Below, one piece after another: positions 1-12,038 of a stretch of 64,000 nt of DNA. Made by a program: the position numbers and the translations under genes. Source of the stretch: Octopus sinensis (Eukaryota); the NCBI RefSeq assembly GCF_006345805.1, contig NC_042997.1, forward strand, positions 95,294,001-95,358,000. The letters run 5' to 3'. Under the pieces are notes generated by a model. It saw only the letters and a program-made list of their open reading frames with translations, ran no database searches and was not told the DNA's origin. Numbering within the stretch: position 1 is the first letter of the stretch; the number at the start of each line of letters is the position of its first letter.

Positions 1-618
1 ATAATGAAAAAATATATAATATAGTGATGATACAATAAGCAGTGACAAAGAAATATATAAATACTATATAAATATGTAAATACTATAGATAAAAGCGGAC
101 GTAAACAATTACGAATGAATGACAAAATAAAAAAAAGTATAAAAGGATATATAACGAAATCTACGGAGAAAAATTTTTAAATGATAAAATAAAATAATCT
201 TAATTTAAGAAGTAAATGTTAGAGCGTAATAATTACGAAAAAATATAACGTTAAAAAATAGCGTAAAACAAATGTAAAAATATATATGTTCAGTCTACCG
301 TTGTATAACATGGTCATAATTCGGACTAATTTCAAATTAACACCGCAAGGCTCAGCAAAAATATGTACTTTCCCACATACTTGAATGCTTCTTTTAAACT
401 ATGGCTTAATAAGTATATTATCTTAATAGTAACAATAGTGCAGGAAATAAATAAGTACATTGTGGGGGCTTTACTTTCTTTTATTACCACCCTTTGTTCA
501 CACTCACCACACTAATATAACTCCCCACATCGAATGGTAAATTAATGTAAACTAAAACGTTCATATTAAATAATACTAGTAGCAGCTTTACGTACGAATT
601 AAATTTATTTCTTTATTT

Positions 619-1308
619 TAGTGTTGGACGTTATTTATTAAACACTTCAGTTGATGTTTACATTATACTTTCATTTCCTCCTGAGCGTTAAGTAGTCCTG
701 TTTTCGCCCATAATATCTCCATGAATTTATGGGTACATAACAGACATAAACTATTCCCAATTCTATACGATTTAGTTTTACTTATTATATCCCACTATAA
801 TTCATATTTAACCTCCAAATGTATTTACTTAATCCTAACGATTTCATTAGTTTCTTATTTTTCAATGAATTCATATGCTGTGCTATTTGTTGTTTAATTT
901 CATTGGATGTGGACCTAATATACATTCTATCTGGATAACTTTCAGTATCCGTATTATTTATTTCGTTTTTGCATTTCCATATACATTTACTGAAACCACA
1001 TATTTATATACTACATCCATTACATCTACCGTGGTTTTTATCCCTACAATTGCAACGTTTAAGGTCTCCAGCCTTCCTATTAGGATGCTTATTTAATTTA
1101 TCGTAGTAATATTTATTCAACCAATGCTTATTTAATGATGAGATGATGTTCCCTACATTGAATAGGATTGGGAATAGGTTATGCCCATTATGTACCCATG
1201 AATTCATGGAGATATTATGGGCCAAACGGAACTACTTAACGCTCAGGAGGAAAGGAAAATAAAATGTAAGCATAAACTGAAGTCTTTAATTAATAATGGC
1301 CAACCCTA
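619..1308 (-). mobile_element. Penelope-like element fragment (GIY-YIG endonuclease C-terminus) with an inverted copy of its 3' end
   Basis: Minus-strand translation across frameshifts gives CNCRDKN...DVVYKYVV...MYIRSTSNEIKQQIAQH...LSKYIWRL...SYRIGNSLCLLCTHKF...LLNAQEE...CKH, typical of a PLE GIY-YIG region. Bases 619-770 and ~1160-1308 are inverted copies of each other. Confidence 0.8.
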
Positions 1309-1309
1309 A

Positions 1310-1520
<211 letters not shown>

Positions 1521-1683
1521 TACAGAATTGTATGATTGTGTATAGAAGAATATATTAATGAAAGAAATTCCAACCTACTCTAATTTTAGTTTTTGCACTT
1601 TTACTATATAAATAATAGAATATTACATATTTACTGTGATTAAATTAATACCTTCATGCGTTATACAATCATCAAGTTTATAA

Positions 1684-1714
<31 letters not shown>

Positions 1715-3171
1715 GTAGTAATAGTGACAGTTGTGTTCCAGTGTGTGTATGTGTGCGTGTACGCGCGTGTAGGCATGTGTGTATTTTTATGTCTATGTGT
1801 GTATAGTTCCAATAAACACATCCCAAATTCTGACATATCATCTATCATTTTCTCATGTGCTTTTTGTGTCTCGCTGTATCAGACACCTTCACCTGGAGGT
1901 TCCAGCATGGATCTTTGTCGCAGTAAACTGTCATCTGCCATTTTCTACCTTATTTGCAGTGGCCTTATTTGCAGAATCGGTGTTGTGCATTATGATCATC
2001 CTCTTTCTTGCTCAAGAACTTCGCAACCTATCCGCCAGGTCTGCACTAATGTGGCATTTCTTGGTCTTTGGTAACCTTTCCTTCATGATCCCTCTCAATG
2101 TGTTCTCCCTACAATCGAATCACTTCCCTCACGGTTACATTTGAGAGTTATTTTGAGAAACTAATTGTCTAGATGAAGTGTGGCCGATAAAATGTGGTTT
2201 GGAAACCTTAGATGTTCAATGGTATCTTCTCCAGATATACACTAATGGGGTATGGAAAGTCGTTGACTTTTCAATACACTGGGCTTCTCTCTCTCCAGTT
2301 CTGAAACACATACACACAAACACACTTACACACACGCACACACACATTCCTTATTTGCCATGGAAGTGTTATTGGTTCACAGTAGCATTCTGTATATCTT
2401 ATTTAACGTGGATAAAGAGAAAACTACGACACGGTCGTATTCGTCTTGACAAGTTATGTCGTAGAAGACATAGGGATGGAGATCATAGGAATGCAATAGT
2501 AGGAGAAGGAAAAGCGTAGAAAGAATGAAGGTAATTTAAAGCACTTATATATTGGTTTGTTTGCAGTTGGTCACCCTCTATCTGTCGATCTGAGTGTAAA
2601 TCAAAATGCATTCATCGAAAGATCTACATAATATTTTCGAATCTGAAAACGAAGTACACATGTTAACTACTGTATATATGTGTTACGCTCCCAGTGCATA
2701 GAGGCTGTATCCATATATAATGGAATATTCTATTACATATAACTCAAATATTGCCAAAATATCAAGTGATAGCACTGAGGTTTAACACAGTTATATTCTC
2801 AAAATCGTTTGTGCTGTGCTTAAGTATAAATTTAAATAGTATACATGTAAGTGTTTTATAGCATTGTATTTATGAATATTCACCCTATTTAATATAAGAT
2901 TGTGTTCACATTTACATCACAGCTGGAGTAATATACATGCAAATATACGCACGAGCAAATATGTATATAAATATGTTACTATTGCCATGAAAGTGGCAGT
3001 TGAATTTTATTTTTAGCGATACTTCTATACTATATAAAGGGTGCAGTACTTACACCAGAAAAAGGTTGGCGGAGAATGTGCCTGGGGTTAAACCAGTAGT
3101 AACATTCAACTGCCACTTTGATGTCGCTACTCGCTACTACTCTTCTTTAGATTTTATATCTAGCTATTTTG

Positions 3172-3238
<67 letters not shown>

Positions 3239-3382
3239 AATATATGTATGTGTATGTATGTATGTGTGTAGGGGCTTGAGTATATGAATATATACATGTA
3301 TATATATATATAGTTATATATATACATATCTATATCTATATCTATATATATAATATATATATATGTACACACACACACACAT

Positions 3383-3443
<61 letters not shown>

Positions 3444-5929
3444 TTTATGAATGTATATATACATGTATATATTCATACAAATGCAGGCATGCATACGTGC
3501 ACTCACGCACATAATGAAAATTGAAAATTATGCAAAAAGCAGAATATAAAGGAAATAAATATGTTGTATAAAGTGAGACATAATTATACAAGTCAACCAT
3601 TATCCTTGGGAAAATTGCAGCATTTATCGTTATGTGGCGACATGAGATAGCTTTTCTCATACACAAATGGCGACATTCTTCAGTAATTTTTATTCCTTAA
3701 TATTTAATTTGGTTTTGACATAGCATAATCTCTATAGAAATCGTGAATATCAATTTCTTAAAGTCGATATCACCGAAGTTATAAACGTTCTAAGATTTCT
3801 TATCCTTACACTAGACAAGAAAGCAAACAAATACTATGTTCAAAATCAGATATTAGTCATATTCATTTATGTATTAATGCGAAATGGCTTCATATCCTTG
3901 TTATATGTCTTGAGTTCAGTATATATCAGTAACATGCTTTCCTGCAATTTCTCACCTCGAACAATTTCAGAGAAGGTAAAATTAGATTACTTATATTACA
4001 ATTTTATTCACATGTGTTCCACGCTGAATTAGTATGCATTCTACTTTAAACAGATAAACATTTATTGAAATAATGCAACGTAACAGATGACATACTGAAT
4101 GTGGTTTATTTTCTTAAAATACGGATGAGAGAAGAGAAAATGAGTTTGGCTAATTTCAATTAACATATGTTTATGTACATTCGAGAAATATGCTAGCGGG
4201 AGCGGGGATTTTCGTTGATCGAACTACTTGCGGGGTTCCAAAAATGATGGACGTCACGTCTTGTTTAAATCACCATACTCTAAGATACACTTTTGCTTCC
4301 AGTTTTTCACTCTCTCTCTCTCTCTCTTTCTCTTGTTCATATATTTCTGGCTTCTTCCTATTCCTCCTTCACCTCATCATCTCTCTCACGTTCACTTAAT
4401 TGTTCTTACGAGTAATGTATATTACATATTAATTGTTCGTAAACCATGTCAATTCATTGTTTTAACTCTTCAACAAATTTATCAGGTATATATTTAAATA
4501 TCTCTAAAGTAGTATACAGAAACACAATTCATATTTCTACAGAATTTTACAATCGAACCTGCAATAAATATAAGGAGAGCTATTCAATGCATAAGTATAA
4601 AATTTATGTATATATGTATTGATATATGTATGTATGAATGTACGTATGTATGCATGCATACATGTATGTATGAATGAATGTAAATGTATGTGTGTATGTA
4701 TCTATGTGTGTATGCACACATGTATGTCATTGTATGAGTGTATATGTGTTTATGTGGGAAGGCATATCTAAGTTGATAAGTATGTGTCTGGTGGGAAATG
4801 TAATTAGATAAAAAATCTTGAATTAATAACAAATTCCAACACTTCGATACGCAGTTGCTATGATACTGGGATACGCCACGATAGCTAAATCACCTTTCTG
4901 ACCTGAGGCAATACTATTCTCAGTGCACTAGGTTAGAATACAAAACAGAAACCTTACCATAAAACGTTTCTACGTATGCAAAATTCATTTTCTTTTTCAT
5001 TCATTTCATTTCATACTTTTCTACTTACCTTCAATCAGTGATTTCTTTTTATAACTTTGCTGCCGCAGTCTGTGATTCGCTGTACTACAACTCAGGCCTC
5101 AAATAAAACTGTTAATTCATTTACACGCGTGCATGTGTGCTTCAAACTCGATATAATGTGAACATATGATTAATTCTGCACTATATAAATCTTTTTTGTT
5201 CACAAATATTTTTTAGTCTAGATCTAACAAATACAACTTTAAATAGGTGTATTTATTAGAACCTAACGACTACAACTAATGCCTGTCTCGCCTAAAATTA
5301 ATTCCCCTCCTGTTCATTTAAAAACTTCTTTCTACCTATTAAAACGTAATGAAAACTTATCATAATAACATGTATTTTTAATATTATCTCTAGAGCAACT
5401 GCCCTGAAACTAATCACTGATGGTGGCTCTGTTGGCTGGAGGTGCTTATCTTCCCTGTTTGAAAATTTAAGGACACAGAACGATTGTGCGACGTAGCCAA
5501 CAAGAAACGGTGCTTCTTGGGGCTAAATAGCCGCAGCATTCTTCACTTTCGAGGGACTACAACATTAATTTGGCAACAAACCATCACTTTATCGTGCTGC
5601 TACTACATAACTCTTTCTGAGAGATTTAGAAAAGTAATATTTCTTATACTTCAATATTAAAATATCAGAAACCGGTGTATTACCTAAATATTATATTTCA
5701 TAAAATTTTATGTATATGGATATATATATATTTATGTATATGTATGTCTGTATGTATATATAAGTATATCTAGGTTGGTTTTTATCTATGCATGTATGTA
5801 AGCATTTATATATGCATGTATGTAAGTATGAATGTAAGTGTGTATATGTAGATGTATTGAAGAATATTTTTGTATGTATATATACATGCATACACATACA
5901 CACATATATACATATCTATCTACCTATAC

Positions 5930-5978
<49 letters not shown>

Positions 5979-6239
5979 TATATATATATATATATATTAA
6001 ATTAGAGATAAAACCACTATTAGGCAAATCAAACAGTGAAAATCATAAGCCAATACATAGAAATAAAATTAATAAAAAAATATATAAAAAATATAAAATA
6101 TAAAATTATATTTAATCCTAAATCTAATTTTTCCCTGTAAGTTTGGATTTACTCCCTAATATTATATATATATATATATATATATTCATACATACATTCA
6201 TATATATATGTGCATATACACATATATGTTCATGTCTGT

Positions 6240-7300
6240 AATTTATGGATTCTTTATATATGCATTTATGAATAAAACGATTGTTTGTGTAAATTATGTA
6301 AATATATTATTGTAATCACTATCATTGCATGCATTTTTGTTGTAAATAACCTCACATTCGTGTGCTGTACATCACACATCTATTCATCTCTGTGTGCACG
6401 TGTGTGTGATCCCTTTCTGCTAATGTTTGTCATATCAGAGTGCATATATTCCATATGCAAATATAGCTGAATCCAGGATCATCGAGCGAAGAGACCCTGG
6501 TGTGTCTTACACTTTCTCTGTATGTCGCTAATCGACGGTATCTGGGTTTTTGAAATGTTGCACTCTTCTCTTTAAATGACACACCATAGCTAGGCTTTTC
6601 TTCATACTGCTGCTACATAGCGCGTCTCCTCTACGATATATGCAAATGAAAATTGAAACAATGTGTATAAGAGCTGCAATTTTCTCATATTGCCTCTATA
6701 AGAACTGTTTTCTTCAATGGAGATGTTCTCCACAACAATGTATAAACTTTACACCCAGGCATACAGAACAGACCCGGGACGTTGTGTTTACATTAGAGTT
6801 CTGATTGTATTACATTTTACTAACAATATTGTTAATTTTTTAAATGTGTAAATAAGTCTGATATTTTCTTTGTCTGATATGTTTTTGGTATTTTCATCGG
6901 ATAATTCTTTTTCCGTTTAGCATTCTTCATACTTTTAGCGATAATATTATGCCTGCCTAAGTTTTCTGTTAGACATTTGTGGACAGTAACTACTGACGTT
7001 GTTAATATCTTCACATCTAATATAACAAAACAGCCAGTCGTTGTAACATTGCGAAAATTTTGAAGTCTCTTATTGATCAGGTTTTATATGTCTTCTGTTC
7101 TTGAAAATTAAATTTTTAGACTTCTTGTTGAAATGTGATATAATTGTGAAAGATCGCAGACTTTCCTCAGAGTATATATTTAAGTATCATTCACGTGATC
7201 TAATTTTGCTATTGCTCTTGGGAAATATTGATTTCTCTGTTGACTGTTCAGTTGCTGCCGTTGAGATGATATGCATCGCTCAGATACTGTCCACATTGAA
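6240..7300 (-). mobile_element. possible highly decayed Penelope-like retroelement remnant
   Basis: A-rich minus strand with fragmentary motifs (RVCSVC, AYIVEET, KPRYRRL, FIHKC) loosely like a PLE endonuclease region; many stops and frameshifts. Confidence 0.3.
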
Positions 7301-7764
7301 TTATCTCTACACAATACTTTAACATATTTCCTGTCAATAATCTATGATAACAAAACTTTTAACCAAAACATATACACAAATGCTCACACATGGAATATGA
7401 GCCCTAATGGAGACTTAAGCGCTCGTGTACCCACCCGGCACCGCATCCACTACACATTGTTCATGAAGACAGGACAAACAACACCCCAGATATTGTACGG
7501 CGCAAATGGCCATAACTCATGGTATAAACATTTCTCCTTTCCGTCTTTCCCACAGTATCCATGAAACAGATGGTTTTTCACCTTCAATACATACATTTTC
7601 CATTATATTTGTCCATAACGGCTAGCACTAACGAGCACGTAGTGCTATATAACTAGGTTTTCATCTAATATTCGGTTGAATATCTACTGCGAAACGCACC
7701 ATTAAGGAGAGCCGTAATAGATATATAATGGTGTAACTTTGATTATTGTATATATATATATATA

Positions 7765-8572
7765 TCTCAAGAAAACAAAAAATGGAACAATAACGAAACA
7801 GGAGACAACAAACATCCGGAGAGTTACACGATACAAAAAAGGACGGAAAAAAATAAGGACGGGTCATTCAGAGCTTCCTATCCTCAGTCGAGTCACAGAT
7901 CATCATTTCAGTTTCGGCCGGTTACACTTGAGGCTGCTCCAATTTGTTCGGTCACAAGAAAATCTAAGTTAAGAGTATTAGACTCCCTGGAAGAATGCAA
8001 GCGAATGTATAAGAAGACAAGGACAGAAACAAAAACGGAGATATGGTGCACAATTACAAATACAACCAACAGGACATTACCCAAAGACGTCTTTCGAATA
8101 AGGAAGAATTAAATGAAGCTGGCGTGTGGGGACGTGACGCCTTACGGCAGGAACATGGGAGCGTTGAGAGTTATGGGAAGGAATATGAGAAATGCTACAT
8201 GGATGGTGGTCGAACCAAGAAAGAGAGGTCAGGCTTGGCGGAACAACGGTCACGTAGAAGAAGATGAGAGAGGTAGGGGCAGAAGGATTGAAGAATAAGG
8301 GAGGGATGAGAAAGAAAAAAAGAAATGAAAGGAACAGAGTGAGGTAAAAGTGAAGGGAAAGTGAGAATGATGTGGAAGGTCAAGAAATGTGAGAGAGAGA
8401 GAGAGAGAGAGTGCGAGAAAAAGAAAAGTGGGAAGAGTCGTACAGAATTTAGATATATATATGTGCTTAAATACAGCAGACTAAAAGTGTACCTATGCAG
8501 CTATATGTATATATAAAAAAGAAAACAAAAAATGGAAAAAGAACGTAGCAGGCGACAATAAAACATCTGGAC

Positions 8573-8580
<8 letters not shown>
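7765..8580 (+). repeat. dispersed repeat with a partial direct duplication (agaaaacaaaaaatggaa...aaacatc(c/t)gga at ~7769 and ~8520)
   Basis: Two diverged direct copies of a ~55-bp purine-rich motif; family not identified. Confidence 0.5.
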
Positions 8581-8613
<33 letters not shown>

Positions 8614-8714
8614 CGTATACGTATATATGCAAATATATATATATATTATGTGTATACATATATATATGCACATGTATACATATTTATGCATATATAGATA
8701 TGATCATGTGTACG

Positions 8715-8761
<47 letters not shown>

Positions 8762-10947
8762 ATATATGGATATATTCAGAGATTCACGTACAAACACACT
8801 CACACACACGCACACATGTATGTTGCTCTCAAAAATTTTGACTCAATTAATTTTACATGTAGTTATGCAAGGATGATCTGATCGAGGACAACCTTTTGTG
8901 TATTACAATTTATTATTCTGGTGCTTCTTATGAGACTTTATGCTCCTCCATACTAATGTGTTTGAAAATATTCCTTGATTAGGTTATTTAAGTAATGACT
9001 GCTAAATTTCCCTTAGGACTTTCAGCATGTGGAACATATAATGTTGTGCAACTGAACATTCTTAATGAGATGAAACGAAATAAATGCTTAATCAATATAA
9101 ATTTTACCGTAATGAGAAGAATATTCATTAGCGGAAATGCAAATCGCGCTCAGATGGCGAGAGAGAAAAAAATTCTTGTTAACGCGAATATATTTTCATC
9201 TTACGGGTATGATTTTACTTGGTTAAATATTATCTCAGATCACCATATTAGATATGGTAGACTGTACGTAACTTAAAATGTTCCACTCATGGTTATACAA
9301 CAGTATCACGGGATTTGGCGGCGCTTTGTGTCCATATGCAAAGAATTTCATTTCTTGTTCTACTCTTTTCTGATGGAATTAGTATAATCCAGTTTATGGC
9401 GCAAATCTTCTTCAGTTAAGGTTAAAGCAAGTATATATTATTAACATATATAATGGTTGTACTGTCCAATATATTCAGGTTAAAATTATACCGAATAATT
9501 TGTTATTTGTTTTTAAAGACTCCACTTTCAAACTTGAAGTATGTTCGATAGCTAGCTTTAGTAGCAACACAAACTTAACACCAGCGCTAATAACACTAGC
9601 TCTAACATTTCTTAAATGTTCACATAACACACAATATACGTCGTTCAAGAAACAAAAATATAACACTCATCTCTAACAGAGTTAAATACTAAGAAAGTAC
9701 AAAGTTTCAACAAACTGAAAATATATACAGGCCTAGAAACACCTACACCCCCAATATGAATTCTGACTAATTTGCTAGTGTGCGTTCGTCACTATTTAGC
9801 ACGTTATAATAACAACAGCTTTCACTCGCTGATGGAATCCATTTTGTTACTCTCTTTTGTAGCAACGACTAAAATATATAGTCATACAGATAGGCTAGAG
9901 AGTGAAGAGACTATATACTTCAGTCCATGTAAATAGTTACCTCTTTTCAGAATTTAGTCATCTATGTGCAACCTCGGTGTATCTGGAAACAATATATCTA
10001 TGAGAACAGATATGTTACACTGAAATCTTCATGACATAGAATTCCTTCATCAAGACTACTCTTGTAAAATGAAGTACAATATTCAATTGAAAACAAATTG
10101 AAAATTAATTTTTAAAATCTTCGTCATATTTAATATAACGTTTAAAGTAAAATTTCGTAAGGTAGAATAACTAGTCCAGATTTGAACGAGCAAGCAACTT
10201 CATTTTAGTTTAGTGATTTTTTCCCATACTATTTTAGTATTTTCTCGTTTGCATTTTCAAGATGTGCATATATATATATATATATACAATATTCTTTCCT
10301 TTGCGTTTTTTTTCAGTTGATTTAACTTATAATGTTCGAGATAATTAAAAACATTGAACGAAACATATAAGATTTATTTTATTTCGTTTATTTTGAAGTG
10401 GTTTGCGCACCTGGCAATTCGTAGCTTTAATTAGATGTGTTTAATCGCTTAAAACTTATTTGGTTTACAATTCGATAAAAATAAGTTACGTGTGAGAATT
10501 AGAATTATGAGAGGTTAAACTATTGATTATTTTCATACCGAAAAAATCGCGTGGATATATCAACCTATTAGGTCGTCTTTTTCACACCGATTTTAACATG
10601 GAATACACATCCAAGGATAATGAGACATGAATGCAGTGACGTCAAAATTATTGACGTATAATTAATCAAAATGGTTTAATAGTGATAGGGTATTGAAGAC
10701 AGACATAAAATTTTGCAATAATAATTAGTAATATTAGTTATAGTGGAAGAAAGATTTGCACTTCTGTTCAAAGATATATAATTTTGACAGTGTACATACA
10801 CTTCAGTGTATTTCCTATTGGTCTTTTACACTTTGATCATTGACACGATGTCCCCGTGATACACTGGGTGATGGTGTGTATTGGTGTATGCAAGTGTACA
10901 TTCTATGTGTGTATGAACTCATATGGATATATATATATATATATATA

Positions 10948-11130
10948 GTTAATCTAAATATGAAAGCACAAAGAGAAAACACAACAAGGCGAGGACGTGG
11001 AACAAGTAGAGCGTTATTGGACGCTCAGGAAAGGAACGAAAGAAGGAGGATTTCACGTTTCGAGCGGAGCTCTTCGTCAGAAACAGAAAAAGGAAGGATC
11101 CAAGGAAGGGAAGACGGAGGAAAACATTGA
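10948..11130 (-). mobile_element. hammerhead-bearing dispersed repeat, family H1 (PLE pLTR-like), copy 1
   Basis: Shares gttaat.caaa...gcgaggacgtggaacaa...gacgctcagga...acgtttcgagcggagctcttcgtc.gaaac with 54397-54570. The minus strand carries an HHR fold at 11050-11084. Confidence 0.75.
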
Positions 11131-11228
11131 CAACGTTACACACGCAGAGGAGAATAACCAATTTGAATATTCAAGCATTTTGTTTATTTTCAGTTAAAAT
11201 AAAGACCCAACACGTGCTTCTATCAAAC

Positions 11229-11455
11229 CAATCGCATATTGTTGCATATTCATATGCAGTGATTCATGCATTATTGGTGCGATCTATTTAGGCCAAATAT
11301 ATTTGACATGGAGAAAAACATCTCATTGTGGAATGTTCCATGTTTACTACTGTTACCAAATCTAATTCAAATTTATTTCAAACGATGTCAAATTTATTTG
11401 CCTTGAGAGGTCGCACCAATAATGCATGAATCGCTGCACATGATTGGTGCGATTG
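11229..11455. mobile_element. MITE-like foldback element
   Basis: ~58-bp inverted arms at 11251-11309 and 11385-11442, plus an outer 8-bp inverted repeat caatcgca/tgcgattg. Confidence 0.7.
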
Positions 11456-11687
11456 AAACACATGACATACTTTTATGCTAACTGGAACCATTTTGATATT
11501 GCTCTTTACACTCTAAGTAGCCAAGAAATGAACTGCAACATCTGACGAGAGCTTAAGGTAGATTATCAAAAAAAAGAAAAAAAAGAAAAGGAATAAAAGA
11601 AAAAACGAACAAGCGGAAGGAACCAGAAAGTTAATATCTGCCTCTATATCATATCCCTCCTCATGCGATATACATGCATATATATAT

Positions 11688-11740
<53 letters not shown>

Positions 11741-11950
11741 TATATGTATGTGTGTGTGTGTGTGTATACATACATACATATATATATATACAGCAAGAAG
11801 ATGGAACATTAAAACTGAAACACTCTTTAATAACATAACAGATTATAATTTCTGTGTCTGTGCAGTGTTAACTGTTTTAAGTTGCTGAGTTTTAATTCTC
11901 GTTCATTACAAAATTTATTTCATAAATAATTACGTCAATAGGTATGATTC

Positions 11951-12038
11951 AGTAACAGTTTTGTGCCAGTACTTCGTCGCGCAGACTGCGCTATGAGGAG
12001 TATGTTGCCCGATGAAGTGCTGGCACAGAGCTTTTGCT
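11951..12038 (+). ncRNA. candidate pri/pre-miRNA hairpin
   Basis: Bulge-free 34-position stem (11951-11984 with 12005-12038): 32 paired, 6 of them G-U on the + strand, no A-C mismatches; ~20-nt apical region. Confidence 0.6.

Noticed and set aside
300-350. Hammerhead-like string downstream of the PLE ORF on minus (uuugCUGAGCC...GAAAUUAGUCcgaa)
   Set aside because: The core lacks the GA and helix II is not adjacent to GAAA; too degenerate to call.
4190-4265. Small CpG-rich patch with gacgtcac (CRE-like)
   Set aside because: Too short, with no associated exon or other promoter evidence.
7860-7900. CUGAGGA on the minus strand within a dispersed repeat
   Set aside because: GAAU instead of GAAA and no helix I pairing.
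10997-11040. LLDAQER reading similar to LLNAQEE of the PLE at 619-1308
   Set aside because: It lies antisense to the H1 hammerhead and the match is short; probably coincidence.
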